Origin: an uncultured Blastocatellia bacterium | GTDB taxonomy: Bacteria; Acidobacteriota; Blastocatellia; HR10 | Reading direction: 5' to 3' | DNA length: 64,000 nucleotides | Assembly: GCA_937934295.1 (NCBI GenBank) | Contig: CALHAI010000013.1 | Coordinates: 5,865-69,864 of the forward strand | Shown: piece after piece, positions 19,725 to 30,220 of the stretch | Position numbering within the stretch: the stretch's first letter is position 1 | How the letters are laid out: each line of letters starts with the position of its first letter | Translations under genes and position numbers: made by a program | The notes under the pieces: model-generated | Database searches by the model: none | What the model was told of the DNA's origin: nothing | The model's input: only the letters and a program-made list of their open reading frames with translations

Positions 19725-20531
19725 GTGGTCACGATCACGATGAAGGAGCTGCTCGAAGCGGGTGTCCACTTCGGCCATCAGACGCACCGTTGGAATCCGA
19801 GGATGCGCAAGTTCATCTTCGGCGAACGCAACGGTATCCACATCATCGACCTGCAGCAGACGCAGCGGTATTTCCGCGAAGCCGTGAAGTTCGTGACCGA
19901 GATGGCGGCGCAGGGCAAGACCTTCCTCTTCGTGGGGACGAAGCGACAGGCGCAGGATGCCATCGCCGAAGAAGCCACGCGATGCGGCCAGTTCTATGTC
20001 AACCATCGTTGGCTGGGCGGCTTGCTGACGAATTTCCAGACGATTCGGAAGTCCATTCAAAAGCTCCACGAGCTGGAGCAGATGAAGGCCGATGGGCGGC
20101 TGGAACAGCTTCCCAAGAAGGAGGCGATTCGCCTGGAACGCAAGCGGGCGGCGTTGGAGAAGAACTTCGCCGGCATCCGCAACATGACCAGATTGCCTGA
20201 CGTGCTCTTCGTCATTGATACGGAGAAGGAGGAGCTGGCCGTTCGGGAGGCCAAGCGGATGGGCATCCCTATCGTCGCCGTCGTGGATACGAATTGCGAT
20301 CCGGCGGGGATTGAGTATCCCATTCCGGGCAACGACGACGCGCTGCGCGCCGTGCGTCTCTTCGTCTCCAAGATCGCCGACGCCATCATCGAGGGGCGGC
20401 AAATGTTAAAGGAAGCGGCGCCGGAGGTGGTCGAGGCGGCTGCGACACCATCGGAGGCGGAAGCCTCGCTGACGAGTGACACGGGGCACTTCTTGGAGGA
20501 GATAGAGGAGGAGATTCCCGAGCGGGAGTGA
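19725..20531 (+). CDS. rpsB: 30S ribosomal protein S2 (start GTG 19725 or ATG 19740)
   Basis: [41 protein letters not shown]. Confidence 0.9.
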   Translation: MVTITMKELLEAGVHFGHQTHRWNPRMRKFIFGERNGIHIIDLQQTQRYFREAVKFVTEMAAQGKTFLFVGTKRQAQDAIAEEATRCGQFYVNHRWLGGLLTNFQTIRKSIQKLHELEQMKADGRLEQLPKKEAIRLERKRAALEKNFAGIRNMTRLPDVLFVIDTEKEELAVREAKRMGIPIVAVVDTNCDPAGIEYPIPGNDDALRAVRLFVSKIADAIIEGRQMLKEAAPEVVEAAATPSEAEASLTSDTGHFLEEIEEEIPERE

Positions 20532-20536
20532 GGACT

Positions 20537-21172
20537 ATGGCTGAGATCTCCGCACAGGCGGTGAAAGCGCTTCGCGAGAAGACCGGCGTGGGGATCATGG
20601 AGTGCCGCGCGGCCTTGATCGAGGCCGAGGGGGATGAGGAGAAGGCCATTGAGATCCTCCGCAAGCGCGGTCTGGCGGCGGCCAAGCGAAAGGAAGGACG
20701 GGTGACCGCCGAAGGGATCATTGGTGCCTACGTCCATCATGGGAGCAAGATCGGCGTCCTCGTCGAGGTGAATTGCGAGACCGATTTCGTCGCCCGCAAT
20801 CCCGAATTCCACCAGTTCGTGAAGGACGTGGCCATGCATATTTGCGCGGCCGAGCCTCGGTACATCCGCAAGGAGGATGTGCCCGAAGACGTGCTCGCCA
20901 AAGAGCGCGAGATCGCCCGCGAGCAGGCGTTGGCCGATCCAAAGATGGCGGGGAAACCCGAGCGCATCTTGGAGCAGATCATCGAGGGGCGCTTGGCGAA
21001 GTTCTATGCCGAGGCGGTGCTCCTGGAGCAGCCTTTCATCAAGGACCCGAGCCGAACGGTCTATCAGTTGCTCGCGGAGCTGATCGCGAAGTTCGGGGAG
21101 AACATCCGCATCCGGAGATTCACGCGTTACAAGCTGGGAGAAGATGCCACGCTCTCGGCCAAAAGCGGGTGA
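20537..21172 (+). CDS. tsf: elongation factor Ts (short form)
   Basis: [48 protein letters not shown] at 20537 behind GGGAGTGAGGA. Confidence 0.85.
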   Translation: MAEISAQAVKALREKTGVGIMECRAALIEAEGDEEKAIEILRKRGLAAAKRKEGRVTAEGIIGAYVHHGSKIGVLVEVNCETDFVARNPEFHQFVKDVAMHICAAEPRYIRKEDVPEDVLAKEREIAREQALADPKMAGKPERILEQIIEGRLAKFYAEAVLLEQPFIKDPSRTVYQLLAELIAKFGENIRIRRFTRYKLGEDATLSAKSG

Positions 21173-21181
21173 GCCACAGCG

Positions 21182-21207
21182 GCCCCTCCTTCGCGAGGGG
21201 CTTTTTT
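21182..21207 (+). terminator. rho-independent terminator after tsf
   Basis: GCCCCTC-cttcgc-GAGGGGC hairpin followed by TTTTTT, 10 nt after the tsf stop and about 18 nt before the pyrH RBS. Confidence 0.6.
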
Positions 21208-21212
21208 ATTAG

Positions 21213-21995
<783 letters not shown>

Positions 21996-22010
21996 GAGGG
22001 AGGAGGGGAT

Positions 22011-22568
22011 ATGATCAAGGACGTCTTGAACAACGCCAAGACCCGCATGGACGCGGCGGTCGAGGATTGTCGGCGAAAGCTAGCGGCCGTGCGGACGGGT
22101 CGGGCGTCGCCGAGTCTCCTCGATCAGATCACCGTCGAATACTACGGGACACCCATGCCGCTCACGCAGTTGGCCCAGGTGCACGCCCCGGAGCCGGCAC
22201 TGCTGACGGTCCAGCCCTACGATCCTTCGCTGCTGTCGGCGATCGAGCGCGCCATCTTGACCTCCGATCTCGGATTGACGCCCTCCAACGACGGGCGCAT
22301 TATTCGGATCCCCATCCCGCCGCTCACGGAAGAACGCCGGCGGCAGTTGGCGAAAGTCGTCAGGGAGATCGCCGAGGACCATCGCACGGCCGTGCGGAAT
22401 ATCCGGCGCGATGCCAACGAGCGCCTGAAGAAGCTGTGCAAGGATAAGCTCATCTCCGAGGACGATGAGCGGCGCGCTCTGGACGAAGTGCAGAGGCTGA
22501 CGGATGCCGCCATCGAGCGGATCGATGAGTTGGCGAAGAAGAAGGAAGAGGAATTGCTCGGCCGTTGA
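22011..22568 (+). CDS. frr: ribosome recycling factor
   Basis: [51 protein letters not shown]. Confidence 0.9.
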   Translation: MIKDVLNNAKTRMDAAVEDCRRKLAAVRTGRASPSLLDQITVEYYGTPMPLTQLAQVHAPEPALLTVQPYDPSLLSAIERAILTSDLGLTPSNDGRIIRIPIPPLTEERRRQLAKVVREIAEDHRTAVRNIRRDANERLKKLCKDKLISEDDERRALDEVQRLTDAAIERIDELAKKKEEELLGR

Positions 22569-22572
22569 AAGC

Positions 22573-23748
22573 TCACAACCGGTGGGCCGTGCCCGTATTT
22601 GAGGCCGCGCGCGTTCGCTCTCGCGCGGCGATGGTTTCAAAGGTGGCCGATTCGTTACTGAGGGGGGAAGATCTCACAAGTGCTCCTCCGACTTCTTTAG
22701 CGAAGATCAGTCGCGTCGGGTCCTTCGTATCCACGTCCACGATCACGACATCGCCCGTCTCGATCTGCCGCGTCGCCACTAAGTTCGAGAGCGGGAAGAC
22801 CAGAAATCGCTCCAGCGCCCGCCGGAGATGGCGCGCCCCGTACTTGTAATCGGTTCCCTCGCGCAGGAGCAGCTCCTTGGCTGCCTCCGTGCACGTGAAG
22901 ACGAACTTTGGCGCGGGAGATTTCATGATCCGTTGCTGAATGAGTTTGAGCTCAATCTCCAAGATCTGCCGCAGGTGCTCCTCCTTGAGCGAGCGGAAGA
23001 CGACGACCTTATCAATGCGGTTCATGAACTCGGGGGAGAAGCGACGGCGAGCGGCCTCCAGAGCCGTGCGATAAATCTTCTGATCCACGACCGAATCCTG
23101 CTGCCCCTGTTTCGGGGCGAATCCGATCCCGCCCGAGATCAGCTCGGCCATCTCTTTGGCCCCGAGATTCGAGGTCATGATGATGATGCAGCGGGAGAAG
23201 TCCACCTTGCGATTGTCTCCGAGCGTGAGCGTCGCCCGATCCAAAATGCCCAACAGGAGCTGCCAGAGCGCGTCCGAGGCCTTCTCGATCTCATCAAACA
23301 GCACGAAGGTGAGTTGCAACGTCTCTGTGTGATAACGATCCAGGTTCTCTTGGCTCAGAAGCGGTGGGGTCTCGCGGTGCCCGAGGTAGCCGGGCGGCGA
23401 GCCGATCAGCTTGGCGATCTCGTGGCTGTGTTGGAACTCTGCGCAGTCGATCTTCACCAGGGCGTTGGGATCGCCGAAGAGGATCTCCGCGCAGGCCTCG
23501 ACAATACGGGTCTTGCCCGATCCCGTCGGTCCCAGGAACAGGAGCGATCCGATCGGCCGTCCCGGTGGACAGAGTCCGGAGAGATAGACTTGGTAGAGAT
23601 TGGCCAGACGCCGCACGGCCCGATCTTGACCGACGATGCGCTCCAGAAGCTTTCGCTCGAACTCCTCGACCTGCGGGTGCCGCCGCTCTGGATTGAGCAG
23701 GACTCGCGTTGGCGCCGCCATGTTGTCAGTCCTCCCTCGCCGTTGCAC
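22573..23748 (-). CDS. stand-alone ClpA/ClpB D2-type AAA+ ATPase (AAA_2 plus D2-small domain; no N-domain, D1 or middle domain)
   Basis: ERIVGQDRAVRRLANLYQ...LLFLGPTGSGKTRIVEACAEILFGDPNALVKIDCAEFQHSHEIAKLIGSPPGYLGH...IIIMTSNLG...FSPEFMNRIDKVVVFRSL is a canonical ClpB-D2 motif series. Only 391 aa. Confidence 0.6.
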   Translation of the reverse strand: MQRRGRTDNMAAPTRVLLNPERRHPQVEEFERKLLERIVGQDRAVRRLANLYQVYLSGLCPPGRPIGSLLFLGPTGSGKTRIVEACAEILFGDPNALVKIDCAEFQHSHEIAKLIGSPPGYLGHRETPPLLSQENLDRYHTETLQLTFVLFDEIEKASDALWQLLLGILDRATLTLGDNRKVDFSRCIIIMTSNLGAKEMAELISGGIGFAPKQGQQDSVVDQKIYRTALEAARRRFSPEFMNRIDKVVVFRSLKEEHLRQILEIELKLIQQRIMKSPAPKFVFTCTEAAKELLLREGTDYKYGARHLRRALERFLVFPLSNLVATRQIETGDVVIVDVDTKDPTRLIFAKEVGGALVRSSPLSNESATFETIAARERTRAASNTGTAHRL

Positions 23749-23886
23749 TTCACCACCGCCTTAGACGTCGGCTCCGCGCGCGATGTTGCCTCCGAGACGA
23801 TTATAGAAAGCGCGGCGCGGGGCTCGTCAAGAACCGGTTGGGCGAACAGCTTGGGTGACAAGTTCCCGGAGGGGGAATTTTTTCGC

Positions 23887-23913
23887 TTGACAACCCGTGA
23901 TCTTGCCTATAAT
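23887..23913 (+). promoter_or_regulatory. sigma-70-like promoter candidate for the 24.1-33.0 kb operon (TTGACA-15 nt-TATAAT)
   Basis: Perfect -35 at 23887-23892 and perfect -10 at 23908-23913, but a short 15-nt spacer. About 225-nt leader to the KAS III ATG. Confidence 0.3.
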
Positions 23914-24139
23914 CTTCGTTACTCGCCGGTGCTCGGTCTCGCGAGTATACGGCTGCTCCGCAAATGGGCGGAGTCAGAGAACCGGTCGAAGGAGCTGAGA
24001 ACGTGCATCTACGGAAGCGACGGTGTGGGGGACAGTTCGCTCATGGCGGGAGTCCCCGCGCGATCCCTTGTCTGTGGATTGACCTTCACCCGCGGCCAGA
24101 TCTTCGGCACGTGGGACCCCTCTCTCAGGAGAAGCGGCG

Positions 24140-25123
24140 ATGATCTACACCTACGCGAACATTCCAGCGCGAATTGCAGCGACGGGCTCGTACTTACCAG
24201 AGCGCGTGATCACGAACTCGGAGATCCTCGGGCTTGAGGAATCGGATGGACAGATTCGGCGACTCCTGGGAGCCGTGGAACGCCGTGCGGTGAGCGAAGA
24301 GGAGGCTTGCTCGGATATCATCGTCAAAGCGGCGCGGCGCATTTTGGAAACGGCCCGCCTCTCGCCTGAAGAATTGGATCGCATCATCGTCAGTGCGACC
24401 CCAGGTGATTACCATGAGCCCTCGACGGCCAGCGTCGTTCAATATAAGCTCGGAGCCTATTGTCCGGCCGTAGACGTGGGCATGTCCTGCGTCGGATGGG
24501 TCGCCGGGGTGGATTACGCCTTGCGCTGCATCGCCACGGGAGAGCGGCGCGTCCTCGTCTTGGCCGGGACGATCGTCTCCCGTGGGAATCCCTTTCGCAA
24601 TCCGATGCATCGGGCGATCTTTGGCGATGGCGCTGGCGGAGTCCTGCTCGAAGCGGCCGATCGCGGATACTTCTTCTCGGGCGGGCTTTGGACCAAGGGA
24701 GAGTACTACGACGTGATCACCATGCCGCATGAAACGTCCCTGCCTTCGTCCCGCATCCCGCCTGAGTATCGGGGGAGTTTCTACATGGGGCGGCGCGAGA
24801 TCATGTTCGAGGCCTTGCGCAATAACTTGGGGGCGTGCATCGAGGGGGCGTTGCACGCGGCCGGGATCTCGCGCGAGGAGATTGACGTGGCCTTCATCCA
24901 TCAACCGAGCAAGCCGCTCTTTGAGGAAGCGGCGCGAGTGGCCGGCATTCCGCGCGAGCGCATCATCCAGGATTACGAGCGCTACGGGAATACGATCTCG
25001 GCGGAACTCCCCATCTCGCTCGATGAGAACGTGCGTCGCGGTCGCGTGAAGCGAGGGGATAAGATCCTGATGGTGACCTTTGGCGCGGGATTCAATGCGG
25101 GCATTTTGGTCTTCGAGTATTGA
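24140..25123 (+). CDS. 3-oxoacyl-ACP synthase III (FabH-like KAS III)
   Basis: Thiolase-fold KAS III. Cys in VDVGMSCVGWVAG, His in AFIHQPSK, Asn in YGNTISAELP. 327 aa. Confidence 0.75.
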   Translation: MIYTYANIPARIAATGSYLPERVITNSEILGLEESDGQIRRLLGAVERRAVSEEEACSDIIVKAARRILETARLSPEELDRIIVSATPGDYHEPSTASVVQYKLGAYCPAVDVGMSCVGWVAGVDYALRCIATGERRVLVLAGTIVSRGNPFRNPMHRAIFGDGAGGVLLEAADRGYFFSGGLWTKGEYYDVITMPHETSLPSSRIPPEYRGSFYMGRREIMFEALRNNLGACIEGALHAAGISREEIDVAFIHQPSKPLFEEAARVAGIPRERIIQDYERYGNTISAELPISLDENVRRGRVKRGDKILMVTFGAGFNAGILVFEY

Positions 25124-25252
25124 AGCCTCTGCGACATTGATCCCTCTGTCTGGACATCGGTCGGCTCCACTGATGGCCGATGACCATGCGACAGCGTGCA
25201 TGCGCCGGTCACATAGCGGGAGATGTTGCGCGAGCGATCTTCGAGGAACAGC

Positions 25253-26551
25253 ATGAAGGGACGGATCCTCTTCGCCCCGGCTTCGACGGTCCTCGCTCAT
25301 GCCGGACGCTGTCTGATGATCGCGCGCGAGCTGGACCGGCGCGGCCATCATGTCCTTTTGGCAGGTGCCGCTCGATTCCTTCGGGAGTGGACGCTTCAGG
25401 ACCCGCGCCTCAGCTATGTCGAGCTGCCGGACGTTCCGGCCGGCGAAGGGCTTCGCATCCTGCGGTCGCTCTGGAAAAGGCCCGATGAGCGATGGCTCCA
25501 CGCGCATGTGCGCGCGGAGCTGGAGTTGCTCGATCGTGCGCGACCTGATTTGGTCGTCGTGGATTTTCGGTTGACGATGTTCATCTCGGCAAGGGTGCGA
25601 AGAATCCCCATTGTTTCCCTTCTTGGGGGACGATGGCTTTATCCCTATGCCGCAAGACCCTATCGGGCATTCCGGACGGCGCCAGCCTTTTGGGTTCGGC
25701 GTCTACTGCGAGAGCACATCAGCGACGTGGTGATCCCCTGGGGCTTCCGCTGGCTCCTGCGTTATAAGATTCGACCCTATCGGCGCTTGCTCGCGCACTA
25801 CGGCTTGGAGCCGAAGCGTGACCTGTGGGAGCTTTTTCTGGGCGATCTGAACCTGGTTTTGGACAGCGAGCTTCTGGCGCCGACGCATCCGTTGCCGGAG
25901 AATTTCGTGCGCGTCGGCCCTGTGCATTGGGAACCGTCATTGCCGGAACCGGAATGGCTGGCAGAGTGGACGAGCCGACGCCCGGTCATCTACGTGACGC
26001 TCGGCAGCACGGGACATCCTCGGTTATTTCGACGAGTGCTCGATGTCCTCGGCCGCACGCCGTATCGCGTCATCTTGACGACGGGGGGGCAGATCAGCTT
26101 CGCACCGGAGGAGATCCCGGAGAATGTGCGCGTCGAGGCATTTCTGCCTGGACGCCTGGTGATGGAGCGCTCAGATCTGGTGATCTGCCATGGTGGAGCC
26201 GGGACCATCTATCAAGCCATCGCCGCGGGGACACCCTGCCTGATTGTCGCCACGCATTTCGAGCAGGAGTTGCTCGGACAAGAGGTCGAGGAGCAAGGAG
26301 CGGGACGGATGCTCGCTCTTCCTGAGATCTTGGCAGACCCGATGCGGCTCAGTCGGACCCTGGAAGAAATGCTCGAGCATCGGGAAGCGTACGCGCAGAA
26401 CATACGGAGATTGCAGCGCGCCCATCGCGCTCTCGATGGGGTGAAGGCGGCGGCGGCGGCGATCGAGACGTTTTTGAGCGATCGGCTTGGGAATCGCGAA
26501 CCCGTCAGCACATCCGCTCGACTTGTTCTTGAAGCAGGAGGAGGGCCGTGA
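25253..26551 (+). CDS. GT1-family (MGT/UDP-glycosyltransferase-like, GT-B) glycosyltransferase
   Basis: N-terminal RILFAPASTVLAHAGRCLMIARELDRRGHHVLLAG and C-terminal VICHGGAGTIYQAIAAGTPCLIV...EQELLGQEVEEQGAG match macrolide/MGT-type GT1. Confidence 0.7.
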   Translation: MKGRILFAPASTVLAHAGRCLMIARELDRRGHHVLLAGAARFLREWTLQDPRLSYVELPDVPAGEGLRILRSLWKRPDERWLHAHVRAELELLDRARPDLVVVDFRLTMFISARVRRIPIVSLLGGRWLYPYAARPYRAFRTAPAFWVRRLLREHISDVVIPWGFRWLLRYKIRPYRRLLAHYGLEPKRDLWELFLGDLNLVLDSELLAPTHPLPENFVRVGPVHWEPSLPEPEWLAEWTSRRPVIYVTLGSTGHPRLFRRVLDVLGRTPYRVILTTGGQISFAPEEIPENVRVEAFLPGRLVMERSDLVICHGGAGTIYQAIAAGTPCLIVATHFEQELLGQEVEEQGAGRMLALPEILADPMRLSRTLEEMLEHREAYAQNIRRLQRAHRALDGVKAAAAAIETFLSDRLGNREPVSTSARLVLEAGGGP

Positions 26552-27816
26552 TGGAGCTGCTCTTGTGGGGGATCGCCGCGTTCTGGCTCGCGCTCCTTAC
26601 GATCGGGACGGTTCTGTGGCGGTATCGGCCTTCTCTCTGGCCAGCGGAGCCGATGGAGCGAGGTCTGGCAGAGGTGGCTTTCGAGTGGCCTTTAGTCTCA
26701 GTCCTGGTCCCGGCACGGAATGAGGAGCATCGAGTCTTGCGCGAGGCCATCGGGGCGCTCCTGCGGCAAGACTATCCTCGGTTGGAGATCATTGTCGTCA
26801 ACGATCGTTCGATCGATCGCACATTGGCAATCCTGAAGGAGATGGCGCAACGAGACTCCCGATTGCGCGTCATTGATGGGGAAGAGCCGCCTCCCGGATG
26901 GCGAGGGAAGCCGTTTGCGCTTCAGCAAGCGTTGGCTGAAGCCAGAGGGGAATGGATCCTGGCCGTAGATGCCGATGTCATCGCCCATCCGGCTGCCGTG
27001 CGGACGGTGCTGGCGCTGGCGCGCGAGCGCGCCCTGGATGCCTTATCCCTGCTGCCGAAATTCGAGTACGTGAGCTTCTGGGATCGCGTCATCGAACCTC
27101 AAGCGCTGAACCTCTTGCGCTTGGGCATGCTTATCGCCGCATGGCGGGAGAAGAGGCGTGGAGCTCGCTCGCCTGAAGGAGCGCGGCGACGGTGTTCGTC
27201 TCATCCCCTGGCACTCCTGTCGGCTTATGTGGGTGATCCGGCGTTCACCATCGGCGCGTTCACGCTCGTGCGACGGGAGGCTCTGGAGGACATTGGCGGA
27301 TACGCCGCGATTCGAGGAGAAGTGCTCGATGAGACGATCCTTGGCATGCGGTTGAAGCAGCTCGGGTATCGCGTCTTCGCCATGGAAGGCGCTCCCCTGG
27401 TGCGCACGTCGGCGCGCGTGACGCTGGCGGAGATCTGGGAAGCCTACAGCCGTTCGATCTGTTCGGCTGTCGGGCGGAGGTGGCTCGTCGCGCTCATCGG
27501 AGGCGGCGTGATCGTGCTGCTTGCTGTTTTCCCACCGCTGGTGCTCATTGGGGCTCTCATGGAGATTGTGAGGGTGGGGAGCCCTTCGGTGTCCGAAGCG
27601 ATCCCGGCGGCCATCGCTTACGTGGCGATGAGCAGTCTGAGTTTCCGATTGAGCGCAGCCGATCGCCCGACCCTTCTCTCGGCCAGTCTCGCCTTCCTCG
27701 GCTATGCGATCTTCGCGGCCATCGCCTTTGCCGTGCCGTGGCGTCTCTGGTCCGGCGTGGGCGTCATGTGGCGCGGACGATGCGTCTACGGGGTAGGGGA
27801 AGATGTATCGGGGTGA
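26551..27816 (+). CDS. membrane-embedded family-2 glycosyltransferase
   Basis: LVSVLVPARNEE...IIVVNDRSIDRT...AVDADV (DxD) form the GT2 core, flanked by N- and C-terminal TM helices. tgATG overlap with the upstream stop. Confidence 0.7.
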   Translation: MELLLWGIAAFWLALLTIGTVLWRYRPSLWPAEPMERGLAEVAFEWPLVSVLVPARNEEHRVLREAIGALLRQDYPRLEIIVVNDRSIDRTLAILKEMAQRDSRLRVIDGEEPPPGWRGKPFALQQALAEARGEWILAVDADVIAHPAAVRTVLALARERALDALSLLPKFEYVSFWDRVIEPQALNLLRLGMLIAAWREKRRGARSPEGARRRCSSHPLALLSAYVGDPAFTIGAFTLVRREALEDIGGYAAIRGEVLDETILGMRLKQLGYRVFAMEGAPLVRTSARVTLAEIWEAYSRSICSAVGRRWLVALIGGGVIVLLAVFPPLVLIGALMEIVRVGSPSVSEAIPAAIAYVAMSSLSFRLSAADRPTLLSASLAFLGYAIFAAIAFAVPWRLWSGVGVMWRGRCVYGVGEDVSG

Positions 27817-28414
27817 GGAGACGACGACCAGTTGGGCGTACTTCGAGTACCTCCTGGGAGTGGGGTATCCGCGATGGCTCGTGCGCTTGGTCTTCGCCGT
27901 GTTGGAGCGGTCGTTTCGGCCTCACCTCCGGGAATTTCACGGGCGCGTGTTGGATGTCGGATGTGGCATCGGGCATTTCTTCCGCGTCTACCCGGATGCC
28001 TTCGGCGTGGATCACAACTTCTACTGTGTGCGATATTGCGTCGAGCGGGGATATCGGTGCGTGCAGGGCGATCTTTACCGCCTCCCCTTTCCGGCGGGGT
28101 CATTCGATGGCGTCCTGCTCTGCCACGTCTTGGAACATCTGGAGGCTCCGGAAGCGGCGCTGGAAGAAGTCCATCGCGTTCTCCGGCCAGGTGGCGTGCT
28201 GAGCATTCGCGTGCCGACGGTGACCGGGTTCAAGGTGGATCGCACGCATAAGACCTTCTTCGATTATCCGCGTCTGGCGCGCGCGCTCGCGCCGTGCGGA
28301 TTCTCCATCGTGGCCAAGCGCTACTATCCGATCCCGTGGCGTTGGCTCGGTGAGTTGATCGTGTACAACGAGCTGCGTGTTCTGGCCGTCAAGCGAGACG
28401 TGATAGAGTCCTGA
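27803..28414 (+). CDS. class I SAM-dependent methyltransferase
   Basis: VLDVGCGIGHF (motif I) ... VLLCHVLEHL ... LRPGGVL. Confidence 0.7.
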   Translation: MYRGEETTTSWAYFEYLLGVGYPRWLVRLVFAVLERSFRPHLREFHGRVLDVGCGIGHFFRVYPDAFGVDHNFYCVRYCVERGYRCVQGDLYRLPFPAGSFDGVLLCHVLEHLEAPEAALEEVHRVLRPGGVLSIRVPTVTGFKVDRTHKTFFDYPRLARALAPCGFSIVAKRYYPIPWRWLGELIVYNELRVLAVKRDVIES

Positions 28415-28425
28415 GGCAACGGGAG

Positions 28426-29328
28426 ATGGTCCGACGCTTCATCGTCGAACATGCGGCGTGGCATCTGCTCGCGCGGGCTTGGAGCATCACCCGCGCTGTC
28501 GTCGGAGCGCTTCCGGAGGGCCGGCTCATCCTTCTGGACGCGCGCGTGCGGCCGATCCCCCGATACGGCTATGGGAAGCCGCCGCATGCCACGCTCTATG
28601 AGTTGTTGGACCGGAATCGGCGGGCATATCGAGAATTCCTGGAGCGTTTCTTGGACTTTCGGGAGGACCTCTGGCGTATTCCCACGTTCACGTTCGATCC
28701 TCAAAGGCCCTGTTGGCGAGGGGGGAACCTTTGGATTCCGGCTTTAGATGCCGTGAGCCTCTACGGTTGGCTTCGTCTGTTGTCGCCGCGCCGATACGTC
28801 GAGATCGGCTCCGGCTATTCGACGCGCTTCGCGCGTCAGGCCATTCGAGACGGGGGGCTGACGACGCAGCTCATCGCCATCGATCCACGCCCGCGGGTCG
28901 CCGTGGGCGCGCTCTGCGACGTCGTCCTCCGCGAGCGCCTCGAAGCGCTAGACCTTCGGCTCTTTGACGAACTAGAAGCTGGCGACATCCTCTTCATTGA
29001 CGGTTCGCACCGATGCTTCATGAATTCGGACGTGACGGTCGTCTTCCTCGAGATCTTGCCGCGCTTACGGCAAGGAGTGCTCGTGCAATTCCACGATATC
29101 TTTCTGCCTTACGATTATCCCCCCCATTGGGGGAAGCGGTATTATTCGGAGCAGTATCTGCTGGCCGTACGGCTACTGGCGCGCGAACCAGGCTTTGAGG
29201 TCCTTCTTCCCAATGCCTTCATCAGCCGGGATCCGGAGCTGTCGCACGTCCTGGATCCGCTTTGGGAACATCCGGGAATGCAGGGGGTGAACCGAAATGG
29301 AGCCTCGTTGTGGATTCGAATCGCTTGA
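28426..29328 (+). CDS. methyltransferase-fold protein (Methyltransf_24/CmcI-TylF-like), function unclear
   Basis: YVEIGSGYSTRFARQAI...ILFIDGSH is a Rossmann MT-like motif. Weak recall-based call. Confidence 0.4.
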   Translation: MVRRFIVEHAAWHLLARAWSITRAVVGALPEGRLILLDARVRPIPRYGYGKPPHATLYELLDRNRRAYREFLERFLDFREDLWRIPTFTFDPQRPCWRGGNLWIPALDAVSLYGWLRLLSPRRYVEIGSGYSTRFARQAIRDGGLTTQLIAIDPRPRVAVGALCDVVLRERLEALDLRLFDELEAGDILFIDGSHRCFMNSDVTVVFLEILPRLRQGVLVQFHDIFLPYDYPPHWGKRYYSEQYLLAVRLLAREPGFEVLLPNAFISRDPELSHVLDPLWEHPGMQGVNRNGASLWIRIA

Positions 29329-30217
29329 GCGCGCGCCGACGGCGAGCCTCTCGACGAACGTTCGCTCCCAGAGAGAGGTTGATGTCGAGCCCATCCGGAC
29401 GCTGAAGGCGCCGCTTCTCATCCTCGGCATGCACCGTTCGGGGACATCGGTGCTGACACATCTCTTGAGCGAGCTTGGCCTGATCACCGGATGGCGTCTC
29501 AATAATGAGGAATCGGCTTTTTTCCACCGCTTGAACCTCTATATCGAGCGGAAGACAGGCGGACGTTGGGACGATCCGGAACCGATCGCGCGAGCGGTCG
29601 AGGATCCCGCCCTCATGTCGCGCCTCTTGTGGCACCTGCGGCGAGAGGCCCTCAGCCCGAAGGTTGTCCTCTATTTCGGGCTGCGGCTCTTCAGACGCTA
29701 CAAGACGCTGGAGCGCATAGATCGACCTTGGGGCTGGAAGGATCCACGGAACACGTTCACCTTCGACATTTGGCGGCATTTATTCCCCGAGGCGCGTATC
29801 CTCCACATTTATCGTCATGGGGTAGACGTCGCGGCGAGTCTTCGAGCGCGGGAGTTGAATTCGCGCGTTCACGCCTTATCCCGCTATGCCTCGGCACGCT
29901 GTCGTACGCTCTCCGGGGCCTTCCGGTTATGGCGCCTCTATGTGGAGAAGGCGTTCTCCCTTTGCCCGAGTGGAGGACAAAAGGCCATCTTCCACGTGCG
30001 GTATGAAGATTTGCTCAGTGATCCAGAGCCGACCTTGAAACGACTTCTCGAATTTTGTGGGCTTCAGCCCACTTCGAGTGATCTCCGCAGGCTCCTGAAG
30101 AGCGTAGATGCCGGGCGAGCCTTCGCCTTTCGCCGGGATCCGGAATTGCGGGCCTTTTACGAGCGTGTGAAGGATGATCCGTGGATGCGCTCCTTGGGAT
30201 ACGCTGACGTGGAGTGA
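29297..30217 (+). CDS. sulfotransferase family protein (PAPS-binding 5'-PSB loop)
   Basis: PLLILGMHRSGTSVLTHLL is a P-loop-like 5'-PSB motif typical of sulfotransferases. Confidence 0.6.
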   Translation: MEPRCGFESLERAPTASLSTNVRSQREVDVEPIRTLKAPLLILGMHRSGTSVLTHLLSELGLITGWRLNNEESAFFHRLNLYIERKTGGRWDDPEPIARAVEDPALMSRLLWHLRREALSPKVVLYFGLRLFRRYKTLERIDRPWGWKDPRNTFTFDIWRHLFPEARILHIYRHGVDVAASLRARELNSRVHALSRYASARCRTLSGAFRLWRLYVEKAFSLCPSGGQKAIFHVRYEDLLSDPEPTLKRLLEFCGLQPTSSDLRRLLKSVDAGRAFAFRRDPELRAFYERVKDDPWMRSLGYADVE

Positions 30218-30220
30218 GTG

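Noticed and set aside
19476-20402. 308-aa minus-strand ORF antisense to rpsB
   Set aside because: It overlaps a universally conserved ribosomal protein gene. Artefact.
23868-23880. Shared 11-mer GGAGGGGGAATT upstream of both the 24-kb operon and in the 46.2-kb control region
   Set aside because: Exact 11-mer repeats are expected hundreds of times by chance among about 2x10^9 position pairs in 64 kb of GC-biased DNA. This is not evidence of a shared operator on its own.
24194-25507. 437-aa minus-strand ORF antisense to the KAS III/GT1 genes
   Set aside because: Antisense artefact. The plus-strand genes carry clear catalytic motifs and translational coupling.
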